Positions 49,046 to 58,184 of a stretch of DNA of 64,000 bases are shown in pieces. The notes under the pieces were generated by a model. That model did not search any database, was not told the origin of the DNA, and saw only the letters and a program-made list of their open reading frames with translations. Every line of letters begins with the position of its first letter. Positions within the stretch are counted from its first letter, which is position 1. The stretch lies in assembly GCA_964291495.2 (NCBI GenBank), contig OZ219868.1:32001-96000 (forward strand), given 5' to 3'. Position numbers and translations under genes: made by a program. Source of the stretch: Dehalococcoidia bacterium (lineage in GTDB: Bacteria; Chloroflexota; Dehalococcoidia; UBA2979).

Positions 49046-51091
49046 TTATGAGCTCGCGGCCGGCGCTGTGGGGATCTCGCGCCGCTGCTCGGCGATGTGG
49101 AACTTCAGCTTCTTGCTCACCGAGAGCGACGGGAACGGGTCGATCTTGAGCTTGTAGTTCCTGGGCGCCACCTCGATCGTGAAGTGGTGCGCGAGCAGCA
49201 GCAGGTTGACGGCGAGCTGCAGCTCCATCCAGCGGTTCCCGAGGCAGGTATGCGTACCCAGCCCGAACGGGGCGTACCCGGGGCTGAGGTGTTCGTTGCG
49301 CGGAGGCAGGTAGCGGTCGATGTCGAATGTCCACGGCTCCGGGAAGATGTCGCTCATGTAGTGCGCCGCTGCCTGGGCGATGAAGATCCGTGACCCCTCC
49401 GGGATTTCGTAACCCTCGACCACGCACGCATTCATCACGGTCCGGACGGACATCGGAACGATCGAGTACATGCGCATGGATTCCATGATGAAGCGGCGCG
49501 TCACGTCGATCGAGTCCTCCGTGAAGCCCTCGCGTCCGGGATCGCCGCCATCGAACAGGGCGTCCGCCTCTTCCCGGATCCTGGCGTAGAGCTCGGGCTG
49601 GGACGCCATCGCGTAGAGCGCGAAGCTCAGGCCATCGCCGAGGTAGACGCTGGCGATCAGCGGCGCGGAGAGGACGAAGCGCAGGTTCGACTCCGGGAGG
49701 AACGAAGGGTCGCTCGAGTGCAAGCTGAGCAGGTCGTCCGCGAGATCGCGGGGGCAGCCCGCCCGCTGGGCGGCCGTGTGGACACTCTGGACGCGCTCCA
49801 GCAGCACCTGGATGCTCTTTGCCCGGCGCCGCATTCCCGGGGTCTTGAGCATGAACTTGGGCATGACACCCAGGACGTGCGTGGACAGCGCCCGCGTCTT
49901 GTACTTGACCAGATCGTCCAGGACGTCCTGCGAGTCGACGCTGATCATCAGGGGCGAGATCTGGGAGTTGATCAGCTGCCGGCACATGGACACCGCGGGG
50001 CGAGTGTCTCCAACCTCCCAGGTCGCCATGTGTGACCGGGTGTGGTCGTAGAGATCCTCGAGTTGCCCTTCCAGCCTCGCGCGCGAGTACCCCGGCGCCA
50101 GGGCCTTGCGGAACCGGAAGTGATCGGCGCCGTCCAGCGCGGGCAAGATTCCCGATGCGCCATAGACCTTCTCGAAGTCCTGGAGATAGTCCCGGGCCCT
50201 CAGGTACGTGCGCCCCTGCCGATGCGCCCAGTAGTTCGTCTCCGACCCGGCCAGGACGAGCATGGGCTTCTGGAACGGCGGGTTGAGCTGGTACACGGGC
50301 CCGTACTGTTCGGCGAGATCCGCGAACAGTGCGGGGAGATTGCCGTCGCGAAGATGCCGGTGCAGCGCGAACTTGAGCAGCGGTACCTGGGGAATCGACT
50401 TCGTAAGGCCGGCACGTCCGATCAAGGGGACGTTCATGTTCTGGGTGACTGCCTCGGCGATCGCCCGCCCGATCAGGTCCATCCGGCAGACAAGCTCGAT
50501 GCGCTCCTCCAGCTCGTCGTCGAGCTGGAACATGAAGCGAAACACGTCACAGGTATTGACGAGGGCGACAATGATCACGTCACGAGGGTCGGGGATCTCG
50601 TTGTTGAAGAGCACCCTGCTGATGCGCGTCTTGACGAACTGGGCAGCGGTGCCTTCCCTCTCGCTGCTGAACATCTCGGTCTGCCATGCACGATTCGCAA
50701 GCGTCCAGAAGTCGCCTTCGTGATGCTCCAGGATCTGTCGATCAACCAGGCGCTCAAGCGTCAGGTCGATGATCGACTCTGCACGCGGCGCAAGCCGTTC
50801 GATCCAGTATTGCGCGTTTCGCTGCGTCGTTTCACTTGCAATCTGATCCAGAATGGGATCCAGAACAGGATTGCCGGTTTCCGTCTGGTCCAGAAGGATC
50901 AGGGAGTCCATGTCTGTATCGATACGAGATATGAGCGACAGCTCCGCAAGTGCGGCGCCGACGACGGCGCAGTTCAAGTGCCAGCCTGGTACCTGGTGAA
51001 AGTACCCGCTCTCTTCATTGAGCAGCATCAGGATGAGCTCTTCGGGCAAACTCAGCGCTTGAGTCGTCACGCGGTCGGTAGCGAGAGTCAT
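49046..51091 (-). CDS. GPP34 (GOLPH3/Vps74-like) domain fused to cytochrome P450, paralog A
   Basis: N-terminal SLPEELILMLL...GAALAELS...GNPVLD...WI..L...LERLVDRQIL; C-terminal ESMR (ExxR), FDIDRY, PFGLGTHTCLG heme ligand. Confidence 0.85.
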   Translation of the reverse strand: MTLATDRVTTQALSLPEELILMLLNEESGYFHQVPGWHLNCAVVGAALAELSLISRIDTDMDSLILLDQTETGNPVLDPILDQIASETTQRNAQYWIERLAPRAESIIDLTLERLVDRQILEHHEGDFWTLANRAWQTEMFSSEREGTAAQFVKTRISRVLFNNEIPDPRDVIIVALVNTCDVFRFMFQLDDELEERIELVCRMDLIGRAIAEAVTQNMNVPLIGRAGLTKSIPQVPLLKFALHRHLRDGNLPALFADLAEQYGPVYQLNPPFQKPMLVLAGSETNYWAHRQGRTYLRARDYLQDFEKVYGASGILPALDGADHFRFRKALAPGYSRARLEGQLEDLYDHTRSHMATWEVGDTRPAVSMCRQLINSQISPLMISVDSQDVLDDLVKYKTRALSTHVLGVMPKFMLKTPGMRRRAKSIQVLLERVQSVHTAAQRAGCPRDLADDLLSLHSSDPSFLPESNLRFVLSAPLIASVYLGDGLSFALYAMASQPELYARIREEADALFDGGDPGREGFTEDSIDVTRRFIMESMRMYSIVPMSVRTVMNACVVEGYEIPEGSRIFIAQAAAHYMSDIFPEPWTFDIDRYLPPRNEHLSPGYAPFGLGTHTCLGNRWMELQLAVNLLLLAHHFTIEVAPRNYKLKIDPFPSLSVSKKLKFHIAEQRREIPTAPAASS

Positions 51092-51246
51092 CCATCTTCC
51101 TCCCTGCCCGTCATCAAAATAGTGTAGGTCACGCGCTCAGGCCTCGCAAGGCGACATCCGTGAGACGTCCGGCCAGCCGTGCGGGGAACGCCCCGCTCCC
51201 GTATCCTGACTCCGTGCAGCGGACGACAACAGCGGGAAGGCAGGCC

Positions 51247-52629
51247 ATGGCAACGGGCCGGGGAGCGAGAGCGCCACGGCGAATTGCCATTGTCGGCGGG
51301 GGTATTTCCGGGTTGGCCGCGGCGTGGGCGCTGCACCATCACCCGGACCGCTTTGACTTCCGCCTCTTCGAGGCTCGGGACCAGCTTGGCGGCAACGCGA
51401 TCACGGCTGATATGCCGCAAGGTGACGGCAATTCGATCCCGTTCGACATTTCTGTTACCGCCTGTATCCCATCTGTATACGACCATATTGTCCTGCTCAT
51501 GGAGCAGTTTGGCATCGAGCTGCTCGACACAAGATTCAGCTACAGTGTGAAGTACGCGGGCCAGGTATACGCGCACGACTTCGACTCTGATATCAGGGAA
51601 GAACTGCGATCTGAGATTGCGAGATTCCAACGACTCTTAAGGCGGCTGCATTGGTTCGGAGCCCTCACCCGGTCCCGGTCGAAGCTCCTGAACGCGCTCA
51701 ATCCGTTCAACTACATCAGCATGGGAACGGTGCTCAATCTGGGAGGGTTTTCCGCCGACTTCCGCTACAAGGTGTTGAAGCCGATGTTCGTCAACTTCCT
51801 GATGGCGACGAACGTGTTCGATATGCCTGCGGCGCTCTTCACGAGGTACCTCGAGTTCTTCGATATCGAGACCGCCACGCCGATGCAGACGTGGGACCAG
51901 GGCACGCGACGCATCTACGAGCAGCTGTCGGCCGGCTTCCTCGACAAGATCTCCCTGAGCCGCCCGGTCCGGAAGGTGTATCGCCGCGCCGCCGGAGTCG
52001 TCGTCGAGGACGAGGACGGCGCGCGGGAGGCGTTCGACGATGTGGTCTTCGCGTGCAACGCGAACCAGACGCTGATGATGCTCGACAGGCCTACGATGCT
52101 CGAGCGCCAGCTCCTCTCCTCGATTCGCTACGACAGCGAGCTGCACAACCACGCGATCGTGCACTCGGACTCCTCGGTCCTGCCTGACAACGAGGTCAAG
52201 CCGCTGACGACGCGCAGTAATCACATCGAGCAGTACGGGGCGCGGCCGGACAACTACGAGATCACCTACATCATGCACAACCAGCAGCCGTGGGCGAACA
52301 AGTCGGACAAGCCCTGCCTGGTCACCTACAACCCGATCAGCCGCATCGACGAGGAGAAGATCGTCAAGCGAACGTGGTTCCAGCACATCGTCCACGACGT
52401 GCGCCACGTCGCCCTGACCGTGAACCTCTTCCGCTTCATCCAGGGGAAGCGACGAACCTGGCACTGCGGCGCCCACACGCTGATCAACAGCCAGGAGACG
52501 TGCTTCGTCACCGGGCTCGCCGCGGCGAGGCAACTCGGCGCCGACTACCCCTTCGAGGATCCTGCGGCGCGGCAGTCATTCAACTACTACGGCAGCATCC
52601 TCTACGGCTCGCGATTCAGGAAGGCGTAG
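51247..52629 (+). CDS. FAD-dependent oxidoreductase (COG2907/amine-oxidase-like)
   Basis: ATG at 51247; RIAIVGGGISGLAAAWAL, FEARDQLGGNA, FDDVVFAC, HSDSSVLP, IQGKRRTWHCGA. Confidence 0.8.
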   Translation: MATGRGARAPRRIAIVGGGISGLAAAWALHHHPDRFDFRLFEARDQLGGNAITADMPQGDGNSIPFDISVTACIPSVYDHIVLLMEQFGIELLDTRFSYSVKYAGQVYAHDFDSDIREELRSEIARFQRLLRRLHWFGALTRSRSKLLNALNPFNYISMGTVLNLGGFSADFRYKVLKPMFVNFLMATNVFDMPAALFTRYLEFFDIETATPMQTWDQGTRRIYEQLSAGFLDKISLSRPVRKVYRRAAGVVVEDEDGAREAFDDVVFACNANQTLMMLDRPTMLERQLLSSIRYDSELHNHAIVHSDSSVLPDNEVKPLTTRSNHIEQYGARPDNYEITYIMHNQQPWANKSDKPCLVTYNPISRIDEEKIVKRTWFQHIVHDVRHVALTVNLFRFIQGKRRTWHCGAHTLINSQETCFVTGLAAARQLGADYPFEDPAARQSFNYYGSILYGSRFRKA

Positions 52630-52778
52630 CGCCCGAGGGCCCTCGTCACAGGGGTCCGGCGGACCCCGCGGCGCGCACCGTTCGGCGTGCGACGAGCGGG
52701 TGACTCTCGTATTCTGGATCTGTGCCCGCTTTGCGGGGAGGCCGTCAACCCGGTATCCGGGGTGAGGAGGGCCGAGCG

Positions 52779-53885
52779 ATGCCAGTCCGACACGGCGAGC
52801 CCGCGATTGTCTCGCTGCCCCCGTTCCCCGAGGGCTGGTACTTCGTCACGAGCCGCAAGGCCCTGCAGCAGGCCGGGCTCATCCAGAAGACCTGGATGGG
52901 CGAGGACATCGTCGTCTGGACTGACGAGGAAGGCCGCGCCTGCGTCGCCGAGGCCATCTGCCCGCACCTGGGCTCCGATCTGGGACCCGACGCGGGCGGG
53001 CGCGTCTGCGCCGGCCGGCTCGTCTGCCCCTTCCATGGCTTCGAGTTCGATACGACCGGCCAGTGCGTCGACACTCCCTACGCTCCCCCGCCCAGGTCCG
53101 CCAGGCTGCGCGTCTTCGAGACACGAGAGATCGCCGGCCTGATCTTCGGCTGGTGGGGGATCGGAGGTCGGGAGCCTCAATGGAGCCTCCCCGAGGAGAC
53201 GCCGGACCAGACCGGCTGGAGCGAGGTGTACGTCCAGACGCTCCGCTTCCCCGGCCACCCCCAGGAGATCGCGGAGAACTCGGTGGACCTGGCCCACCTC
53301 CGCTACATCCACGGCTACCACAGCGTGAACCGCGTCGAACCGGCCTCGGTAGACGGGCACCACATGGTGAGCCGGTTCGACTTCACGAGTCGCCGCAAGG
53401 TCGCGAAGGTGGCGACCCTCACCTTCGAGCTCTCCGCCAACACCGACATCTACGGGCTGGGCTACTCGTTCGTCGACATCCGGGAGCACACGATCGGCAT
53501 GGATCTGCGTCTGTGGATCCTGGCGACGCCCGTTGACGGCACGCTCGTCGACATGACGCTGGCCTCGCAGGTGCGGGAGATCAGCAACCCGAAGCGACTG
53601 TTCGTCGGCCTGGGCTTCCTCCCGCGCAAGCTCCGCGCCCCGCTCATGAACAGGTTCATGGCGTCCCGGCAGCGTCAGGACGTGCTGGACGACGTCGTGA
53701 TCTGGAGCCGCAAGCAGTTCGTGTCGCCTCCGCGCCTCAACCGCTCCGACGGCGAGATCATGGCCTATCGGGCGTACTGCGCCCAGTTCTACCCCGACCC
53801 GACCGCCGACGAGAGCGCCGCTGCGACGCACATGGCGCCGCCCCGGGAAGTCCCGAGAGCCGCGGCCGTCTCGCTGCGCGACTAG
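52779..53885 (+). CDS. Rieske non-heme iron oxygenase, Neverland/DAF-36/KshA-like
   Basis: ATG at 52779 after GAGGAGG; PEGWY, CPHLG...CPFHG Rieske motif, ENSVDLAHLRYIH iron site, D..IW..K....P.L...DG.I..YR....QFY tail. Confidence 0.85.
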   Translation: MPVRHGEPAIVSLPPFPEGWYFVTSRKALQQAGLIQKTWMGEDIVVWTDEEGRACVAEAICPHLGSDLGPDAGGRVCAGRLVCPFHGFEFDTTGQCVDTPYAPPPRSARLRVFETREIAGLIFGWWGIGGREPQWSLPEETPDQTGWSEVYVQTLRFPGHPQEIAENSVDLAHLRYIHGYHSVNRVEPASVDGHHMVSRFDFTSRRKVAKVATLTFELSANTDIYGLGYSFVDIREHTIGMDLRLWILATPVDGTLVDMTLASQVREISNPKRLFVGLGFLPRKLRAPLMNRFMASRQRQDVLDDVVIWSRKQFVSPPRLNRSDGEIMAYRAYCAQFYPDPTADESAAATHMAPPREVPRAAAVSLRD

Positions 53886-55228
53886 GCGGGCGCCTCGAGT
53901 GGCGCCCGCTTCGGCGGCGGCTCACGTGAGGCGAGGATAGCGAGGGCGCCGCCGAGGTAGGCGGCGACGAAGGCCGCAAATACGCCCTCGTACGACCCGA
54001 CCGCGTCGAAGTACAGCCCACCGAGGACGGGACCCAGCGCACCGAAGACGATCGTGAACGGCGCCGCGACGCCTCGCACCGCCCCGATGTGCACGCGCCC
54101 GAAGTACTTCGCCCAGATGAACTCACTGAGCGGTACCGTTCCACCGAACCCGAAGCCCCAGAAGAAGAACGCGACGAACATCAGCGGCAGCGCTCCCAGC
54201 TGCGCCGCGACGAGCATGGTGACGACGCCCGTCGCCGAGATCGACAGCGCCGTCGCCCCGAGGTAGCGGACGTGCACCCGCTGCAGGAAGTAACCCCACA
54301 CGAACTTCGAGCTGAGGTTGGCGCCGCCGTTGACCGCGATCGCCAGCGCGGCCTCGGTGCGCGTGAAGCCGTTGTCCGTCATGAACGGAATGGCGTGCAC
54401 CAGCACCGCCAACAGCGCCATGGTGTTCAGCCCGTAGCCGACGATCAGCAGCCAGATCGCCGGCGTGCGCAGCGCCTCGCCGCGCGTGTAGGAGTTCGCG
54501 GCGTCCTGCGCCTGAGCCTCGGCCGCCGTGCCGCCGCCCCTCGCCCGCGCGCCGGGCTCGACGCCGTCGGGTCGAAGACCGTGGTCCTCGGGCCGCCGCC
54601 GCATCACGAGCGCGACCGGCACGACGATCGCGAACATGAACAGCGCGAGGATCGCGTAGGCGTCGCGCCACCCGGTCGAGTCGACAATGCGCGTCATCGT
54701 CAGCGGCATGATCAGCCCCGCGAGCGAGATGCCCGACGAGCCGAGCGCGATCGCCCAGCCGCGCCGCAGCACGAACCACTTCGAGAGCGTCGCGTTCACG
54801 ACGAGCGGTCCGACCATCGAGAATCCGGCGCCGCCGGCGATCATCGAGAGCGCGACGAACTGCCACAGCTCCTCGACACGCGACATCGCGAAGAACGAGA
54901 CGGCGTAGACGCAGGCGCCGGCAAGCATCAGCGGCCGCGCCCCGTAGCGGTCGATGAACGGCCCGGCCACGAACCCGGCGACGCCGCCAAGCAGGAAGGC
55001 GGACGAGCCGCCGAGGGTGTACTCGGCCGCGGTCCAGCCGAGTTCCTCGGTCATCGGGCGGAGGAAGACGCCGGCGATGGCCCCGCCGGCGCCCATCGCC
55101 GCGAACTGGGCGACGATCGCCCCGGCGACGATGTACCAGCCCCAGAAGACGCGGCGAGGCCTCGCGGCGGGTAGTGCCCTCGAGCGCGGCTCGTCGTCGT
55201 CCACGGGCGCGGCGGGCTCGCGACTCAT
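53882..55228 (-). CDS. MFS transporter (OFA/MCT-like)
   Basis: FWGWYIVA, GPFIDRYGAR motif A, KWFVLRRG.A, 12 TM pattern; host-like very high GC. Confidence 0.9.
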   Translation of the reverse strand: MSREPAAPVDDDEPRSRALPAARPRRVFWGWYIVAGAIVAQFAAMGAGGAIAGVFLRPMTEELGWTAAEYTLGGSSAFLLGGVAGFVAGPFIDRYGARPLMLAGACVYAVSFFAMSRVEELWQFVALSMIAGGAGFSMVGPLVVNATLSKWFVLRRGWAIALGSSGISLAGLIMPLTMTRIVDSTGWRDAYAILALFMFAIVVPVALVMRRRPEDHGLRPDGVEPGARARGGGTAAEAQAQDAANSYTRGEALRTPAIWLLIVGYGLNTMALLAVLVHAIPFMTDNGFTRTEAALAIAVNGGANLSSKFVWGYFLQRVHVRYLGATALSISATGVVTMLVAAQLGALPLMFVAFFFWGFGFGGTVPLSEFIWAKYFGRVHIGAVRGVAAPFTIVFGALGPVLGGLYFDAVGSYEGVFAAFVAAYLGGALAILASREPPPKRAPLEAPA

Positions 55229-55993
55229 GGCGGCAGCATAGCGGCAGTGGAGGCTCGGTCAGGCGCGCAGCGCGGTCCAGCTCCGCCATGGACCGGCAGC
55301 GCGGTTCAATGCCAGAACCTGGGTCGTGTCCGGGAGTACGGCCGGCCAAGGAGGACCGTACTGCGAGCTTCACAGCATGTACAGAGGGCTGCTCATCGTC
55401 ACGGACGGTCGCGAATCTGAGGGCGGGTGTGCGGGTCGAGGTGCCGATCATCGAGGCGGTCGAGGGCTCAGATCTTGTTACCAATGAACAGACACCGGTT
55501 TCCGCGTTCAGAAGCGACAAGATCGAGCGCGTGCCGTTGGTCGTGACCGTCCCGCTCACGCGCCGGAAGACCCGACAACTGGCTACGGCGCCCTCGCCTG
55601 ATCGTCCCAGGGGGTCTCGTCCTGAGTGCCGCAGCGCCGTCCCGGATCTCAGTGTGTAGTAGGAGAAGCGCCTACTAGTGGGGTGCGGTCTCGGGACTGA
55701 TGAGACCGCGGCGTTCCTCGCCCCGGGTGCGGATCCAGGTGACCAGACACATGAGGCGGTCACGGGGCAGTCGCCTGCTGTCGCGGTAGTCGCGGGCACG
55801 ATTAGGGCCGAGTGAGACATTGAGCAGTAATCGGTACAAATTGACCGCTGCATTGGACGGAAACACAACAACCAATGGTTATGATCCACACGCTATATCA
55901 CTGATTCGCATCCTAGGCAGGGATGGGAGCCGACGTTCGGACGGGCGGTACCACAACTTCACGGGAGCCGATGTGTTCCAGGAGGAGGATTCC

Positions 55994-57982
55994 GTGAGCC
56001 ACCTGAGCCTGGCCGATAATCTGTGCCTGCTGATGCTCGATGACGCTTCCGGGAGCCTCTGCCGCCTCGAGGGGCGAACCCGAGACTTCGGCTTCGCGGC
56101 CGCGGTCCTGTTGGAGTTGGAGCAGCATGAACGCATCCAGACCCAGCCGGGCCTGCTGTCCGTCATCGATGCAACACCGCTCGGTGACCCCGTCGCGGAT
56201 CCGGTGCTCGCTGAGGTCGCGGACAGTGATCACTCGTCTCCGCAGGACTGGGTGCGACGTATTGGCTCTCGGTCCGGCTCGGAGATAGCCGCCGCCACCC
56301 TGGACCGGCTCGTAGCACGCGGAGTCCTTGAGCAGATACCGGGCGACCTGTTCTTCCTCCCGTCCGAGGTGGCGCGTTCACAGCGCTACCCGGGGGCAGT
56401 AGGCGGCGCTGACGAGGTCCGCATCCGGGTGATGCGGGCACTCTTTGGCGGCGACGCCCCGGATACATCCGATGCGGACCTGATAGGGCTCGCCGATTCC
56501 TGCGGTGTCTTCGGCGTCATCCTGAGCGCTGGCGAGTTCGACAAGGTGAGGGATCGGATCGGAGAGATTGCGCCACGCAACCCGCTGTGCCGAGCGGTTG
56601 AGCAGGCGGCGGCCGACGACCTGGCCGCGCAAGGGCCCTCGCGCGGGGCGTTCCCGCCGATACCCGAGGTCCGGGGGCTTCCGATCCTCGGCAACGCGGT
56701 GGGCATGGCCGGCAACCTGCAGCCATTCCTCGACAAGCAGTACAGGCGGCATGGTCCAGTTTTTGGTCTTCGAGTGCCGGGGAGACGCATGGTCGTCATG
56801 GCGGGCAAGGAAGCTGTTGCTTTCATGAAGGAGCATTCCCAGACGCACCTTCGCAGCAACCGGTCGTTCACTGACTTTCTGGACGCGATGGAGACAGATC
56901 GCTCGATCATCTCAATGGACGGTCACGATCACATCAAGCTCCGGCGCATCGCTCACGCGGGCTACAACGAGATGACCGTCGCAGACAACCTGTCAACGGT
57001 CATCGAGGTCACCCGCCGCGCCGTCGCCTCCTGGCCCACTGGACGACCGCTTTCGGTGTACCCCGCAATGCAGGAAATCGTGATTCCGCAACTCGGCGTT
57101 GTCGCAACCGGACTTGCGCCCACCGAATTCGTGGACGATCTCCGGTACTGGTTCGACTCGCTCGTGATTGCAATGCGTCGCGACCGTCCGAAGTTCATGG
57201 TCGAGTACCGGCTGCGCAAGGTGCGTCCCAGAATCAGGGAACTGTTCCACCGGGCCGTGGAGTTGCACGACCCCGAATTGCGCGATGGACGCCCTCGCGA
57301 CCTGCTCGATGAGTTCATGGACCTGCGGAGGCGGGATCCGCAGTTCCTTCCGGAGACCGACCTGGCCTCTTCCGTGGTGGCTCCATACATCCAGGCATTG
57401 GACCCCGTCGCCGGGACCTTGGGGTTCGCCCTGTTGCGCCTGTTGGCAGAGCCGCAGCATGCCGAGGCTCTCCAGGAGGAGGCCGATGAAGCGTTTGCCG
57501 CCGGGCTGGCGGATGCGGATGCCATTAGCGGACTGGAGAAGACGTACGCCTTCCTTGCCGAGGTCATGCGCTGCCACACGATCACGCCGGTGATGCTGCG
57601 CACGGCGTGCAACGCGTTCGAGTTCGAGGGCCACTGGGTGCCCGCCGGCACTTCGCTGTGGATGGCTCCGGGGGTGGTCCACAGCGACCCCGATCATTAT
57701 CCGAACCCCGAGCGATTCGAACCTGAGCGGCATTTGCCCCCACGCCTGGAATCCACGGAGCAGGGCGCGTTCGTCCCCTTCGGGGTCGGTCCTCACTCCT
57801 GCCTCGGAGAGTCGTTCGCCAAGGATCAGATGGCGGTGACGCTTGCGACCCTGCTGCACTACGCGGAGTTCGACCGCTATCCGAGTCGAGACAACCGCAT
57901 GAGGATCACTTCCTACCCTTCACTCCGTCCGCACCGCAAGAGCCGCGTTCAGGTGAAGCGTCAGCGGTCCGCCCAGCGGTGA
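55994..57982 (+). CDS. GPP34 domain fused to cytochrome P450, paralog B
   Basis: GTG at 55994 after GGAGGAGG; SLADNLCLLMLDD...AAVLLELE...GDPVAD...LDRLVARGVL; EVMR, PERFEPER, PFGVGPHSCLG. Confidence 0.85.
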   Translation: MSHLSLADNLCLLMLDDASGSLCRLEGRTRDFGFAAAVLLELEQHERIQTQPGLLSVIDATPLGDPVADPVLAEVADSDHSSPQDWVRRIGSRSGSEIAAATLDRLVARGVLEQIPGDLFFLPSEVARSQRYPGAVGGADEVRIRVMRALFGGDAPDTSDADLIGLADSCGVFGVILSAGEFDKVRDRIGEIAPRNPLCRAVEQAAADDLAAQGPSRGAFPPIPEVRGLPILGNAVGMAGNLQPFLDKQYRRHGPVFGLRVPGRRMVVMAGKEAVAFMKEHSQTHLRSNRSFTDFLDAMETDRSIISMDGHDHIKLRRIAHAGYNEMTVADNLSTVIEVTRRAVASWPTGRPLSVYPAMQEIVIPQLGVVATGLAPTEFVDDLRYWFDSLVIAMRRDRPKFMVEYRLRKVRPRIRELFHRAVELHDPELRDGRPRDLLDEFMDLRRRDPQFLPETDLASSVVAPYIQALDPVAGTLGFALLRLLAEPQHAEALQEEADEAFAAGLADADAISGLEKTYAFLAEVMRCHTITPVMLRTACNAFEFEGHWVPAGTSLWMAPGVVHSDPDHYPNPERFEPERHLPPRLESTEQGAFVPFGVGPHSCLGESFAKDQMAVTLATLLHYAEFDRYPSRDNRMRITSYPSLRPHRKSRVQVKRQRSAQR

Positions 57983-58184
57983 AGCCTGCCGGCGTAGCCC
58001 GCGGTGACCACGGAAGCCAGGGTTGGCCGCCCGCAGGGTCCGAGGTCCGCATGGCACTCGCCTGTTGGTGCGGGGCACGTCTCTCCCGTAGTCCGTGTAT
58101 CCGCGTCGTCGCGTGGTGGTCCGGTGGGCGGGTGGCGGCTGCACGGTGTCGAGCGGCCGCGCCGCTCACACGGAGTGGCGTGCG

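Noticed and set aside
55440-55590. Minus-strand peptide ARERD...ALDLVASERGNRCLFIGNKI*A resembling a decayed PD-(D/E)xK nuclease motif
   Set aside because: Short, the key Glu is absent, an immediate stop follows, and there is no start or further homology; could be chance.
55820-55993. Upstream extension of GPP34-P450 B, and similar extensions at 16295-16450, 58095-58184 and 51160-51246
   Set aside because: Downstream starts have RBS motifs and/or match paralog or domain boundaries; the extensions look non-coding.
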